64,000 nt of DNA from an uncultured Eggerthella sp. (GTDB taxonomy: Bacteria > Actinomycetota > Coriobacteriia > Coriobacteriales > Eggerthellaceae): positions 18,033 to 82,032 of the forward strand of contig CAUHNN010000008.1 in NCBI GenBank assembly GCA_959607715.1, written 5' to 3'. A model generated the notes under the pieces. The model did not search any database, was not told the origin of the DNA, and saw only the letters and a program-made list of their open reading frames with translations. A program made the position numbers and the translations under genes. Positions 54,809 to 63,790 of this stretch are shown in pieces (positions within the stretch are counted from its first letter, which is position 1; each line of letters begins with the position of its first letter).

Positions 54809-55152
54809 CCTTCGATACATGTCATGATCCTTTCTCCAACCCGATACCATGGCCCGTCATCAGAAGAGCGTCTCTCAAGCACCGCCTGCGCGTGACGAAC
54901 GCGAACGACCCTTCCTGGCCGAACGGACCTCTCCGAATAAAGCACCCGCCCATCGATCCCGACGAAAGCGACGTCGAGATCATTGCCCATCCCGAACGTA
55001 TGGATAGATGAGCACGGAACGATCATCAGAACGCATCCAGGAGGGCGAGGGGCAAGAAAACCCCGGACCCTCTCGATGAAACTCCCAGCCACTATCAAGG
55101 GGGCGGACCAACCTTCCCCGAGCCCCTCTTCGCCGCACGCAAGCTCACCCAT
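54805..55152 (-). CDS. DUF192 family protein
   Basis: 115 aa: …APLIVAGSFIERVRGFLAPRPPGCVLMIVPCSSIHTFGMGNDLDVAFVGIDGRVL… matches the DUF192 core (ARGLMGR…GMLF…HTFGM…DIAFLD.DGRV). Confidence 0.6.
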   Translation of the reverse strand: MGELACGEEGLGEGWSAPLIVAGSFIERVRGFLAPRPPGCVLMIVPCSSIHTFGMGNDLDVAFVGIDGRVLYSERSVRPGRVVRVRHAQAVLERRSSDDGPWYRVGERIMTCIEG

Positions 55153-55651
55153 CGCTTCGACCTCCCTCCCTCGACCACTGAAACACGACGCTCGTCCCCG
55201 AAGGGACCTCTACGAATGTCACCGCCAACCATCGATACTCACCTTCCTCCTTTGCGAATGTAGCGAAGGAACAGCTTCCGCTTTCGACCTTCGTCCATCC
55301 CCTCCCCTCTAGCGCAGCGGCGCACTCTCCACTCACCTCAGAAACGCTTTTCCCTTCTTCGAAATAACCGACGGAACCCTCTTGTCCGGAGGCTATCCAC
55401 TCTCGTCCCTCCCCCGATGCAACCTCGCTTTCAAAGCCCTCGGGGAGCTCATGGGAATATAAACGCTCCCATGAAATAGATAGGGATGAATCAGGGGAAA
55501 CACCCACCGAAGAAACGAGGGACCCGACCACACCGCGCGCTCCCTCCAAGACGATGCTCGACGACGAGGCTTTCCCCAATTGGCAAGCGGCGAAGACCAA
55601 CGCGACCGAGAGAGCGGCGAGAGCAGCGAGCTTCCCGCTTCGACACCTCAC
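55145..55651 (-). CDS. Putative lipoprotein (signal peptide with lipobox), Ser/Gly/Glu-rich
   Basis: N-terminus MRCRSGKLAALAALSVALVFAACQ, with lipobox LVFAAC. 168 aa. ATGA overlap with the upstream TadE-like gene. Confidence 0.5.
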   Translation of the reverse strand: MRCRSGKLAALAALSVALVFAACQLGKASSSSIVLEGARGVVGSLVSSVGVSPDSSLSISWERLYSHELPEGFESEVASGEGREWIASGQEGSVGYFEEGKSVSEVSGECAAALEGRGWTKVESGSCSFATFAKEEGEYRWLAVTFVEVPSGTSVVFQWSREGGRSDG

Positions 55652-56073
55652 AAGATCACCCCCGGCTTATACGCCGAAACCGTCATCGACTCGCCATGTT
55701 CAAGGGGAGGGAACGCCACGCCGAAAGCGCCATCGATCGTGCCCGAGCCGAACAGCGTCGGCTGAAATGACAGCGTGCCGGTAAAGGTGACCAATCCGCC
55801 CTCGACCCCCGAAGACCCGACCGCCACCTCCACGCCGTCCCCAAGGCCCGATCCCTCGATCGAGGCCTCTATCAACGAACAGCTTTGCTCGACCCCTTGG
55901 CCATATGCAGGAGACACGCCATACGTACACACCGCTTCGCGGAACAGCGCATCAAAATGAGCGCACTCGGAAAAGAACAGCAAAGCATTAACGGCGATCA
56001 GGGCGACGATCAGGGCGACCGGGAAGAATACGACGAACTCGATCGTCATCTGCCCGCGCCTCGAAAAGATCAT
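55648..56073 (-). CDS. TadE-like pseudopilin (Flp pilus assembly protein)
   Basis: N-terminus MIFSRRGQMTIEFVVFFPVALIVALIAV is the TadE family signature (prepilin-like leader, G then TIEF plus a hydrophobic helix). Start placed at the ATG that overlaps the tadG-like stop (ATGA). Confidence 0.7.
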   Translation of the reverse strand: MIFSRRGQMTIEFVVFFPVALIVALIAVNALLFFSECAHFDALFREAVCTYGVSPAYGQGVEQSCSLIEASIEGSGLGDGVEVAVGSSGVEGGLVTFTGTLSFQPTLFGSGTIDGAFGVAFPPLEHGESMTVSAYKPGVIL

Positions 56074-58220
56074 CTCCATTGCCTCACCCCCGTCCAGCTC
56101 GCCACGATCGCCCTAAGCGAATCGATCGCCTCCTGAATCGAAGCCGATAACCCATCCGTAACGGCAACGGGAAGCGTGATGGTGATGGGAAGCTCGATCA
56201 AGCCGTCGAACACGACCAGCGTCCCCACCTGGAATTCGCCTCCCAGCTCTTCCACCGTATCGAGCGCTGCCGTCTCGACAGCCGACAGTGCCCCATTGAA
56301 TCCGCTTTCCCCCGCCGCCGAAAGGGCCCCTCTCTTTATCTCGAGAAACTTTGCGGACCACTTCGAAGAGTCCCCCTCGAGAACATGACTCGAATTCACC
56401 ACGACCGCCTTGCGGGCCCTTAGATCGGGAGGATCGAATCCACACGCCTCGACCAAGCCTTTCAACTCATCAGCAGCCCAGTTCCCTAATCCGCTTGCGC
56501 TCGCCAAAGGTACCGATCCAAGCAACTGATCGATGCTTGAGCAAAGGGCATCGTGTCCTTGGGCGTAAACCGTCAAAAGGGTCGACCACATCTCCAGAAC
56601 AACGTGAGCGCCGACAGGAGCGGCACCGGCCTCCTTCAGGCCATCGAGGAAAGACGTCAACACGGTCTCCCCTTCACTCGACTCCTCGGGAACGAGCGTC
56701 GCGGCGGATAGGGCTGCTCGCGCACCTAAAGAGCCAACCCCCGCCGAGTCCACCAACGGCGAAGGGAATGCCGTCGAAGACGTCCCCCTATCGACCACCA
56801 GCGCAATGGCCCCGCTTCTCCCCGGAGGCGAACAATCGATCCTCTGGGACAACACCTCCTCTAAACCGTTCGTCAGTCCATCGAAAAGATCTCCCGCCAT
56901 GGATTTCACTTCCTGAGATAGAGGCGCGAACTCATTGTAGGCACGCTCATATTCTTCGGCGGCTTTCGCAACTTCGTTGTAGTGGTATTCGAAGCCGTTT
57001 TCGATGCTGCTCGATGCTGCAGCGACCTTTCCCATACTTGATGCGGCAAGGTGACAGCGCGGGCACACGCTATACGCACTCGAACGATCAGCGTCGGAAA
57101 GGGATCTATCGTCAACGCGGCTTGACCCGACCATCCCGGGACAACCCTCCCAAGCATGGATGGAAAGCTGTCCCGTGCCGCTCATCGTCGCCGGAAAGCA
57201 CCGGTCGGTGTAGAGTTTCGTCTGCTTCATCTCTTCGGTGTTCTTTGGCAAACGGGGAAACGAAGAGTCGAAGGAGTCGGCCGTCTCATGAACGTAGCCA
57301 GCCCCCACCGTTTCAACCGCATAGGCATAGAATCTCTTCCTCAGTGAAGAATTGGCCTGCTCATCAACGGAATCCGACTGAGGAGATTCGTTGCGATAAC
57401 GACTCTCGTAATACGCCTTCGCGCGAGCCAGAGAAGCCGAAAAACTCCATGTCTCCACCGAAGAGAAGAACGGGTTGTCTTCCCCCGATAGAGATGCGAG
57501 CTTCCCTGCCCGCTCATACATGCAGTACTCCGACCTGCTTCCCGAATCGTGCCTGAAGCCATGATCTTTCCAACGATTGGCCTCGCTCGCCGCCTCTTCG
57601 GCTTTGGCCGCCTCCTCCATGAGATCCTCACTCGAGGCGTCGGTCGCCTCGAGGGCGGTATCCGATTCGTCGAAGTCGAGCAGCCCCCCATTCTCCATCT
57701 CCCAAGGAACAAGCAGGGCAAACCCCTCGTACGAAGACCCATCCGCTCCACCCGAGTTCGCATCAAGCACCTCTTGGGCCCGAGCCGCCGCCAAAACGGG
57801 CAAGGCGCGCGCGAGCTTCTCTAGCGATTCCTGCGCCGATGAGGCGAAGGAATCCCTCGCCTGCTTCAATGAACGCGCCGCGTCGAAAAACCCCTTGGCG
57901 AATCCCGCCGCAGGAGGCGCGCAGGCGCAGACGACGCCTAAGGCCGCGGACACGAGAGCGGCCAGGGAAAGGGTGAATACGACGGCGTCGCAAACTGACA
58001 CGACGATATAGAACTCACCGACCACGTTCTCCGCGGCCAAGCACGCGGCATCGGCAACATCCTGCACCTGGGAAGACGCGGTGTTTATCTCATAAACGCG
58101 GGCGCAGGTGAAAATCAGGGAGAGCGATATAAGCAAGGCGAGGGCCATCCCTACCGTGGAAAAGCCTTCCCCTTTCCAGAATAGGGAAGAAGGACGCCGT
58201 TCCCTTCGTCCGCCCATCAC
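56070..58220 (-). CDS. TadG-like large pseudopilin / pilus assembly protein (716 aa)
   Basis: The N-terminal TM helix plus …CARVYEINTASSQVQDVADAACLAAENVV matches the TadG N-terminal motif (…R.Y…LQ.AADAAALAGA). The remainder has no clear vWA motif and contains a CPRCH Cys pair. Confidence 0.65.
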   Translation of the reverse strand: MMGGRRERRPSSLFWKGEGFSTVGMALALLISLSLIFTCARVYEINTASSQVQDVADAACLAAENVVGEFYIVVSVCDAVVFTLSLAALVSAALGVVCACAPPAAGFAKGFFDAARSLKQARDSFASSAQESLEKLARALPVLAAARAQEVLDANSGGADGSSYEGFALLVPWEMENGGLLDFDESDTALEATDASSEDLMEEAAKAEEAASEANRWKDHGFRHDSGSRSEYCMYERAGKLASLSGEDNPFFSSVETWSFSASLARAKAYYESRYRNESPQSDSVDEQANSSLRKRFYAYAVETVGAGYVHETADSFDSSFPRLPKNTEEMKQTKLYTDRCFPATMSGTGQLSIHAWEGCPGMVGSSRVDDRSLSDADRSSAYSVCPRCHLAASSMGKVAAASSSIENGFEYHYNEVAKAAEEYERAYNEFAPLSQEVKSMAGDLFDGLTNGLEEVLSQRIDCSPPGRSGAIALVVDRGTSSTAFPSPLVDSAGVGSLGARAALSAATLVPEESSEGETVLTSFLDGLKEAGAAPVGAHVVLEMWSTLLTVYAQGHDALCSSIDQLLGSVPLASASGLGNWAADELKGLVEACGFDPPDLRARKAVVVNSSHVLEGDSSKWSAKFLEIKRGALSAAGESGFNGALSAVETAALDTVEELGGEFQVGTLVVFDGLIELPITITLPVAVTDGLSASIQEAIDSLRAIVASWTGVRQWR

Positions 58221-58726
58221 GTCGCCTCCTCTCCCGTACGACCGAACTCAACCCAGGCCTGCGGATCGAGCCCCATTGGATTCCCCTCGACCCATCCCGG
58301 ATAGTTCACCGAAGAAGCCTCCACCGCGACAATGAAATTGCCGGCATCGTTGGTCAGGCCCAACACCGTAGCCCCCATATCGACAAGAGGAAGCGGCGCC
58401 ACTTCCGTTCGAAGCGAGACCTTGGTCTCCGAAGTCTTCTCATCTCCTACAAGACCTATCTCCCAACTGCAACCGCCCTCGTGGACATGGAAGTTTTCCT
58501 GCTGAGGGATAGCCCCCAGCCGACGGCGCAACGCCTCTTCGCATGCTGTGCGATCCTCCTGCGTCTCGCACGTCGCCAGCATGCGACACGCCTCGGCAGC
58601 GGCAGACTTCATAACGGTTCTGTCGAACAGGAGAATGCCCGGCTGAAGCATCATGAGCAGCAACAGGAAGATCAAAGGGATCAAAAACGCCCCTTCCACC
58701 GTCGCCTGCCCCGGTCTTTTCACCAT
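58217..58726 (-). CDS. TadE/TadF-like pseudopilin
   Basis: Start at MVKRPGQATVEGAFLIPLIFLLLLMM, with a strong SD GAGAGGAGG 5 nt before the ATG at 58726. The track ORF has a spurious N-terminal extension. Confidence 0.7.
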   Translation of the reverse strand: MVKRPGQATVEGAFLIPLIFLLLLMMLQPGILLFDRTVMKSAAAEACRMLATCETQEDRTACEEALRRRLGAIPQQENFHVHEGGCSWEIGLVGDEKTSETKVSLRTEVAPLPLVDMGATVLGLTNDAGNFIVAVEASSVNYPGWVEGNPMGLDPQAWVEFGRTGEEAT

Positions 58727-58743
58727 GAAAACCTCCTCTCCGC

Positions 58744-58968
58744 TCAATACAAGAACACGTCGATCCATGCCCCGCTCGCAACGTCTTTTAAATGATGAGA
58801 AGCCGACTGAAGGGCATGGTCGACGATCGCTCCTGCATCGAGAAACCGCCAAACAACCCCCAAGGCAATCACTAAGGCAAGAAACGCAGCGAGCACCAAT
58901 GCGTACTCGACCGTTCCCTGGCCGGAACGGCTTAGCCTACAGACCGTTGATGCCTGAGGCGATCGCAT
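58744..58968 (-). CDS. flp: Flp-family type IVb pilin (prepilin, 74 aa)
   Basis: MRSPQASTVCRLSRSG/QGTVEYALVLAAFLALVIALGVVW… carries the Flp G/XXXXEY processing motif and a hydrophobic helix. SD AGGAG lies 7 nt before the ATG, inside the 3' end of the upstream flp gene. Confidence 0.65.
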   Translation of the reverse strand: MRSPQASTVCRLSRSGQGTVEYALVLAAFLALVIALGVVWRFLDAGAIVDHALQSASHHLKDVASGAWIDVFLY

Positions 58969-59080
58969 CCCACAGCTCCTGGATCTTAGGCCGAAAAACC
59001 GTAATGGCGAGAATCGCGATGACCACGAGAACACCGACCAGAATCGCGAATTCAACCGTCCCTTGACCAGGTCTTTTCAT
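58937..59080 (-). CDS. flp: Flp-family type IVb pilin (minimal 47-aa prepilin). In-frame upstream ATGs at 59197 or 59203 would give a longer leader.
   Basis: MKRPG/QGTVEFAILVGVLVVIAILAITVF…: the G/XXXXEF variant of the Flp motif. Its last 11 codons overlap the start of the second flp gene. Confidence 0.6.
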   Translation of the reverse strand: MKRPGQGTVEFAILVGVLVVIAILAITVFRPKIQELWDAIASGINGL

Positions 59081-59210
59081 GTAATTCCGTGAAGCAAGGA
59101 CCAGACCGGGAAGAGATCTGCCCCACCGATTCCTCAAAGACCCGAAGCACGCCTTTCTCATCCGACGAATCGCTTCCATACCGCATTTCGCACCCATGTT
59201 CATCCACCTC

Positions 59211-60143
59211 TCACAATTCCATCATCAACTCGAGCATGATTGGCCCGAGCACCAACACCAACATCGCCGGCAAAATGAGCGTTCCGACGGGAAGCAGCAT
59301 CTTCACCGGAGCCTTCGCCACCCTCTCCTCCAACTTGGCCTTCCTAACCGATCTCGCTTCAAGGGCTAGGGCGTTAAGCCCATCAGCAAGGGAGGTTCCG
59401 AACCTCAACGAGCGAATAACGTTTTCAGCGAACCTCTCGAACAAGGGCGAATCGTACGATCGAGCTACCTTGTGCAAACCCTCATCACGACTAACGAATC
59501 CGTGCACCCATTGGCTTTGAGCAGACGAGAGAGCTTGAGCGAGCGATCCCGAAAATCGACGATGGTAAAGGGACAGCGACTCATCGAACGACATACCGCT
59601 CTGAAGCCCCAGCACCACCACCTCGATCATCTGGGAAAGCTGCTGCTCCGCCACGCGCACTCTTAGGTCCATCTCCTCCTTAAGGGCCGAATCGATCGAA
59701 CGCCATCCAAGGAAAAACCCTACCGAGCCAAGAACGAACGCCATCAACGGAGACAAGATGGAACCTGCGCACAAACAAGCGGCACTCGACAAAACCGATG
59801 CTCGGAGCCTCACCCCTCGTATGCCTCGATCGTTGACGAGACCCTCGAGACCCGCTTTCACCACCCGTCCCTCAAGACGACCAAGGCCGCGCGCTCCTCC
59901 GCAAGGGCGATCCCCCTCCGACGCTTTCCGGGAAAGGGAGAGCGCGCTTGCCAGGACATATCGAGAAAGACCCTCACATTCGAGATTGACGTGGAGAGCC
60001 TCGAGAAGAGAACCGACGCCCGCTCTGCCGATGAAATCTTTCGCCCGCCGTCGCGCGACAATGCGCTCATGGAGAAACGCGCCGCCAAAAATCCCCGTCG
60101 CGCCGGCAAAGACGAGGGAGAGCAGAACCATCGTCTCCTTCAC
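59211..60143 (-). CDS. tadC: TadC-like Flp pilus assembly inner-membrane protein (T2SS-F domain)
   Basis: N-terminal TM helix, a cytoplasmic T2SSF-like helical domain and two C-terminal TM helices (…LLPVGTLILPAMLVLVLGPIM). 1 nt after the tadB stop. Confidence 0.8.
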   Translation of the reverse strand: MKETMVLLSLVFAGATGIFGGAFLHERIVARRRAKDFIGRAGVGSLLEALHVNLECEGLSRYVLASALSLSRKASEGDRPCGGARGLGRLEGRVVKAGLEGLVNDRGIRGVRLRASVLSSAACLCAGSILSPLMAFVLGSVGFFLGWRSIDSALKEEMDLRVRVAEQQLSQMIEVVVLGLQSGMSFDESLSLYHRRFSGSLAQALSSAQSQWVHGFVSRDEGLHKVARSYDSPLFERFAENVIRSLRFGTSLADGLNALALEARSVRKAKLEERVAKAPVKMLLPVGTLILPAMLVLVLGPIMLELMMEL

Positions 60144-60144
60144 A

Positions 60145-61119
60145 TCAGTTCACCTCCACCTTGAGCATCTTCTTCACAAGCCCTATACCCGCCACCTGCA
60201 TCGCAAGAGCGACCGAAAGAAGCGCGACGCCGGGAACGCTCTCGAAAAACGGATCGAGAAATCCTGGGGAGACAAGGGAAAAAAGCCCTATGAGCGCGAA
60301 AGGGAGAACCGTCACCACCTGCGCCGACAGCTTCGCCTGGGCTGTCTGGGTCTTCAAGGAGCGCTTGAGATCGAGCTCGTCGACAACCGATTGACGCGTA
60401 GCCTCGAGAACTCCCTGCATGCTGCTTCCCGTTCGATGCTGGATCTCAAGCGCGGCCGCAAGGAACCTTGCTTCGGGTTCGACTCCGTCCCCCTCGAACA
60501 CCGAAAGCGACTCATGGATAGTCCCGCCCATTTTAAGCACCCCATTCGACTCCGCGAACAGCAACCCCAATGGAGCAGGCGTGCTCCTTGCCACCTCTCC
60601 CATGGTCTGCTCAAAGGAATAGCCCACATGGGAGCACGCCTTCATCGACTGGATGGCTTCCGGCAAGCTTTCCCGCGTTCGCTCCCGAAGGCGGTCCTTC
60701 CTCTGCGAAGACCACAGCCCGACGACGAGAAAAAGGCAGCACGATAAAGCCACCGCACAGACAAGAGATCCGGAAAGAAGGCCAGAAAGCAACGCAACGA
60801 AAAGAACTGAGATGAGCAGCCATTGGACGACGGCCCTCTTTCCGATGGTCAGGCCGGTAGCGGAAAGAGCATCTTGAAGCGAAACGACGTATCGATCGAC
60901 AACCCTCACTCCGACAAGACGGTCAACGGCATTCCCGAGAAAGGGAACTCCCCGAGCAAGCACCCCTTGAGCAAAGGAAAGATTGCCGCCCGATGCCTCC
61001 ATTGCCCGATTTTTGCGCAAAACGGACCTGCACGCCTCAATCGCGCATTTCGCAGTCAGGGCGCCGAACAGAGCTGCTCCAATGCACGCGCCTACGAAAG
61101 CCGCAGCGATTCCCTCCAT
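60145..61119 (-). CDS. tadB: TadB-like Flp pilus assembly inner-membrane protein (T2SS-F domain)
   Basis: Start at MEGIAAAFVGA with SD GGAGG 7 nt upstream, overlapping 28 nt of tadA. TM helix, T2SSF domain and C-terminal TMs (…VVTVLPFALIGLFSLV…). Confidence 0.75.
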   Translation of the reverse strand: MEGIAAAFVGACIGAALFGALTAKCAIEACRSVLRKNRAMEASGGNLSFAQGVLARGVPFLGNAVDRLVGVRVVDRYVVSLQDALSATGLTIGKRAVVQWLLISVLFVALLSGLLSGSLVCAVALSCCLFLVVGLWSSQRKDRLRERTRESLPEAIQSMKACSHVGYSFEQTMGEVARSTPAPLGLLFAESNGVLKMGGTIHESLSVFEGDGVEPEARFLAAALEIQHRTGSSMQGVLEATRQSVVDELDLKRSLKTQTAQAKLSAQVVTVLPFALIGLFSLVSPGFLDPFFESVPGVALLSVALAMQVAGIGLVKKMLKVEVN

Positions 61120-62414
61120 GACCCCACCTCCTCTTTTGTAGCTATCCCCAAAAAAGGCAGATCTTCCACCCAATCGGGAACGGCGATCCATCGAGACTCG
61201 CCCGTCACCAATTCCCGCTTAAAACACGTTTCCGAACAGCATCTTCCCGTGGCGGGATCCTTGCGATACAAAGCCACTTCGCTTATTCCGCGGGAGCCAT
61301 TCGGATACCTTGCCGTCTGAACCACAAGATCTATGGCATCGGCAATCTGCGACTCGATCACCTCAACAGGCAGGTCGGCGCCATAGCGAACCATCGTCGC
61401 CAAACGAGAGATAGCCTCTTGCGGGGAATTGGCATGAAGTGTCGTTAGCGAACCATCGTGCCCAGTGCTCATGGCCTGGATCATATCGAGGGCTTCCGCT
61501 CCGCGACATTCCCCCACAACGATCCTATCGGGACGCATGCGCAGAGAATTCACAACGAGATCGCGAATCGTCACTTCCCCCACTCCTTCGGCATTTCGAC
61601 TGCGCGCTTCGAGTCGAACAACGTGAGGGTGCTCCGTGAAACGCAGCTCGGCCGAGTCTTCGATGGTCACGATCCTCTCTCCGAAAGGAATAACCGCCGA
61701 CAGCGCGTTAAGAAGCGTCGTTTTGCCGCTCCCCGTCCCTCCAGTCACCGCGACATTGCACCTTCTCCGAACCGCCCATACAAGCAATGCCTCGACCCTC
61801 TCATCGAAGGAACCGGCTTCTCTCATCTCGCGCAATGTGAAAGCATGGGACCTGAATTTACGTATTGTCACGATCGGCCCGTCAAGAGCAAGAGGGGGAA
61901 TGACGGCATTGACGCGATGGCCTTGGCTCAGACGAGCGTTAACCATCGGCGAAGACTCATCCACGCGCCGACCAAGAGGACCAAGGATTCGATCGATGAG
62001 GGCGTGCACCTCTCCGTCATTCGCGAAAGCTTGATCGGCTTTCACGATTCGTCCATCCCTCTCGAAGAAGAGCGACGACGCTCCGTTCACCATCACCTCG
62101 GTCACCGATTCATCAGACAGCAGATCCTCAAGCGGGCCAAACCCGAAAACATCATCAAGATAGCGACCGACTACCTGCTCGCGCGTCCAAGGTTCGCTAA
62201 CGAGCCAAGGCTCATCCTTGATGACCTGTTCGGCAAGCAATCTCAACTCGCTGCGCGCTTGGTAGGGATGGGCGGATATCATACGTGCAGCTTCGACCGG
62301 AGGCACCAGCTGAGAAACGCGCTCACGAACCGCATCGAGGGTTTGGGCAATGGTGTTATCCAGGGAAGGCGCGAACGAATCGGAATGAACACGCGCACGA
62401 GAGATCAAAGACAT
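61092..62414 (-). CDS. tadA: TadA/CpaF secretion ATPase
   Basis: Walker A VTGGTGSGKTTLLNAL, Asp box, Walker B …RIVVGECRG… and His box …TTLHANS…. Confidence 0.9.
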   Translation of the reverse strand: MSLISRARVHSDSFAPSLDNTIAQTLDAVRERVSQLVPPVEAARMISAHPYQARSELRLLAEQVIKDEPWLVSEPWTREQVVGRYLDDVFGFGPLEDLLSDESVTEVMVNGASSLFFERDGRIVKADQAFANDGEVHALIDRILGPLGRRVDESSPMVNARLSQGHRVNAVIPPLALDGPIVTIRKFRSHAFTLREMREAGSFDERVEALLVWAVRRRCNVAVTGGTGSGKTTLLNALSAVIPFGERIVTIEDSAELRFTEHPHVVRLEARSRNAEGVGEVTIRDLVVNSLRMRPDRIVVGECRGAEALDMIQAMSTGHDGSLTTLHANSPQEAISRLATMVRYGADLPVEVIESQIADAIDLVVQTARYPNGSRGISEVALYRKDPATGRCCSETCFKRELVTGESRWIAVPDWVEDLPFLGIATKEEVGSWRESLRLS

Positions 62415-63790
62415 GCTGCTCGACCTCGCCTCAGCCTCGAAAGCAAACCCCTCCTCTTTCCGCGCTCCCCTTCAGCGGCAAGCGCCTCCTCCTCCCCACC
62501 ATGCTCAATTAAAACCTCGTCGCATAGCTTGCGAAGGCTTTCGCTGAAGGGGTTCTTCTCGGCCAGCAACTCGCGTGGTAGACCCGCGCCGAGGAGCTCG
62601 CCCACTTCCTTGCCTCCGTCCTTAAGCTCCTTGACGGCCGATCCCTCAAGCGCACACGAAACATCGAACGAGGTCAGAATCGCATGGCGTGAGCAGAAAT
62701 TGAGGACAAAGTGAAACGATTTCGTCGCTATCCCGCACCTGCGACACAAATCAAGAGCATGGGAGCAGGCTCTGATAGAAGAAGGGCGCTGGTCGAGCAT
62801 GAAGAGAACTTTGTCGGCGGACTCTATAATCTGAGCATGCTGCTCCGACCAAAATGCACCAGTATTGATGATGACGAAATCGAAATACCCCTTCACGTAC
62901 TCAATCAACTCCGCCATTCTGCCCATAATGAGCTCCGATTGCTCAAGGCGTTTCGGGGAGGCAATAAGAGCAGGCAAAGCACCTTGACCCTCGAGCTGAT
63001 CGATGCGTTGCGGGTCGGCCATCAACTCTTCGATCCCGATCGCATCATCTAGACGCAACAAATACCCCATGTCTCCAAACTGGAGATCAGCATCAAGAAG
63101 CAACGTCTTCTTGCCCGATGATTGCAGGTAGACGGCAGCGCTGGCCGCAACGGTGCTCTTCCCCACGCCGCCGCTTCCACTCACTACGGCCACCACGCAA
63201 GCTTCATGCGTCGCCTTACTCTTTTCGAAAGTAACCGAAGCGATAAGATCGGCCTCGCTCTTCGCGATTTCACTTCCACGAAGAAGAGCAGGGGCGTCAA
63301 TCCTCGGGGGAACAAGATCGAAGGATCCAATGGGATCGCCTGGTTCCTCCACCTCCAACGTCGAGGTGGTGATAGCCTCTCCCGACGAGCGCGATTGACT
63401 GCATACTTCCCTCGATTTAGCACGAAAGCGCTCTTTGCAGAGAGCATAGCGAGAAGCGAATTGATCTCGGGAACGAATAAGCCCCACGCCCGCTGCTTCA
63501 CATCTCCCGAGAACCGATCCCGCAGCATCGAAGGAGATGAGGTCGACGGCGCGATTGCTCCCATCCCGCTTCAGGGCAGCAGCAAGGTTGATGCCATCCA
63601 TAGCATCGCTTGAAACGACCCAAGCAGCATCGAGATCCCCGTCGGCCCGGAAAATCCTTCTTGCCTCAAACGGATCGCTTACGATGTCAAGCCATGTCTC
63701 AGATTCCAGGGCTTCACCCTCAAGACCTATGGTTTCAGGATAGTGAAGGGTTTCGCTATCAAGGCAAAGCAACATCTTTCGATCACTCAT
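62405..63790 (-). CDS. tadZ: TadZ/CpaE: MinD/ParA-type ATPase with an N-terminal atypical receiver-like domain
   Basis: Start at MSDRKMLLCLD (SD GGAGA 5 nt upstream). Deviant Walker A VVSGSGGVGKSTVAASAAVYL and an N-terminal receiver-like domain of about 110 aa. 10-nt overlap with tadA. Confidence 0.8.
   Translation of the reverse strand: MSDRKMLLCLDSETLHYPETIGLEGEALESETWLDIVSDPFEARRIFRADGDLDAAWVVSSDAMDGINLAAALKRDGSNRAVDLISFDAAGSVLGRCEAAGVGLIRSRDQFASRYALCKERFRAKSREVCSQSRSSGEAITTSTLEVEEPGDPIGSFDLVPPRIDAPALLRGSEIAKSEADLIASVTFEKSKATHEACVVAVVSGSGGVGKSTVAASAAVYLQSSGKKTLLLDADLQFGDMGYLLRLDDAIGIEELMADPQRIDQLEGQGALPALIASPKRLEQSELIMGRMAELIEYVKGYFDFVIINTGAFWSEQHAQIIESADKVLFMLDQRPSSIRACSHALDLCRRCGIATKSFHFVLNFCSRHAILTSFDVSCALEGSAVKELKDGGKEVGELLGAGLPRELLAEKNPFSESLRKLCDEVLIEHGGEEEALAAEGERGKRRGLLSRLRRGRAACL

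Noticed and set aside
59081-59210. Apparent 130-nt intergenic gap between tadC and flp as a possible small RNA or pilin promoter
   Set aside because: The flp1 reading frame is open through this whole stretch, with in-frame ATGs at 59197 and 59203, so it may be a coding pilin leader rather than intergenic. No convincing -35/-10 pair was found by eye. It is left unresolved inside the flp finding rather than called as a separate feature.
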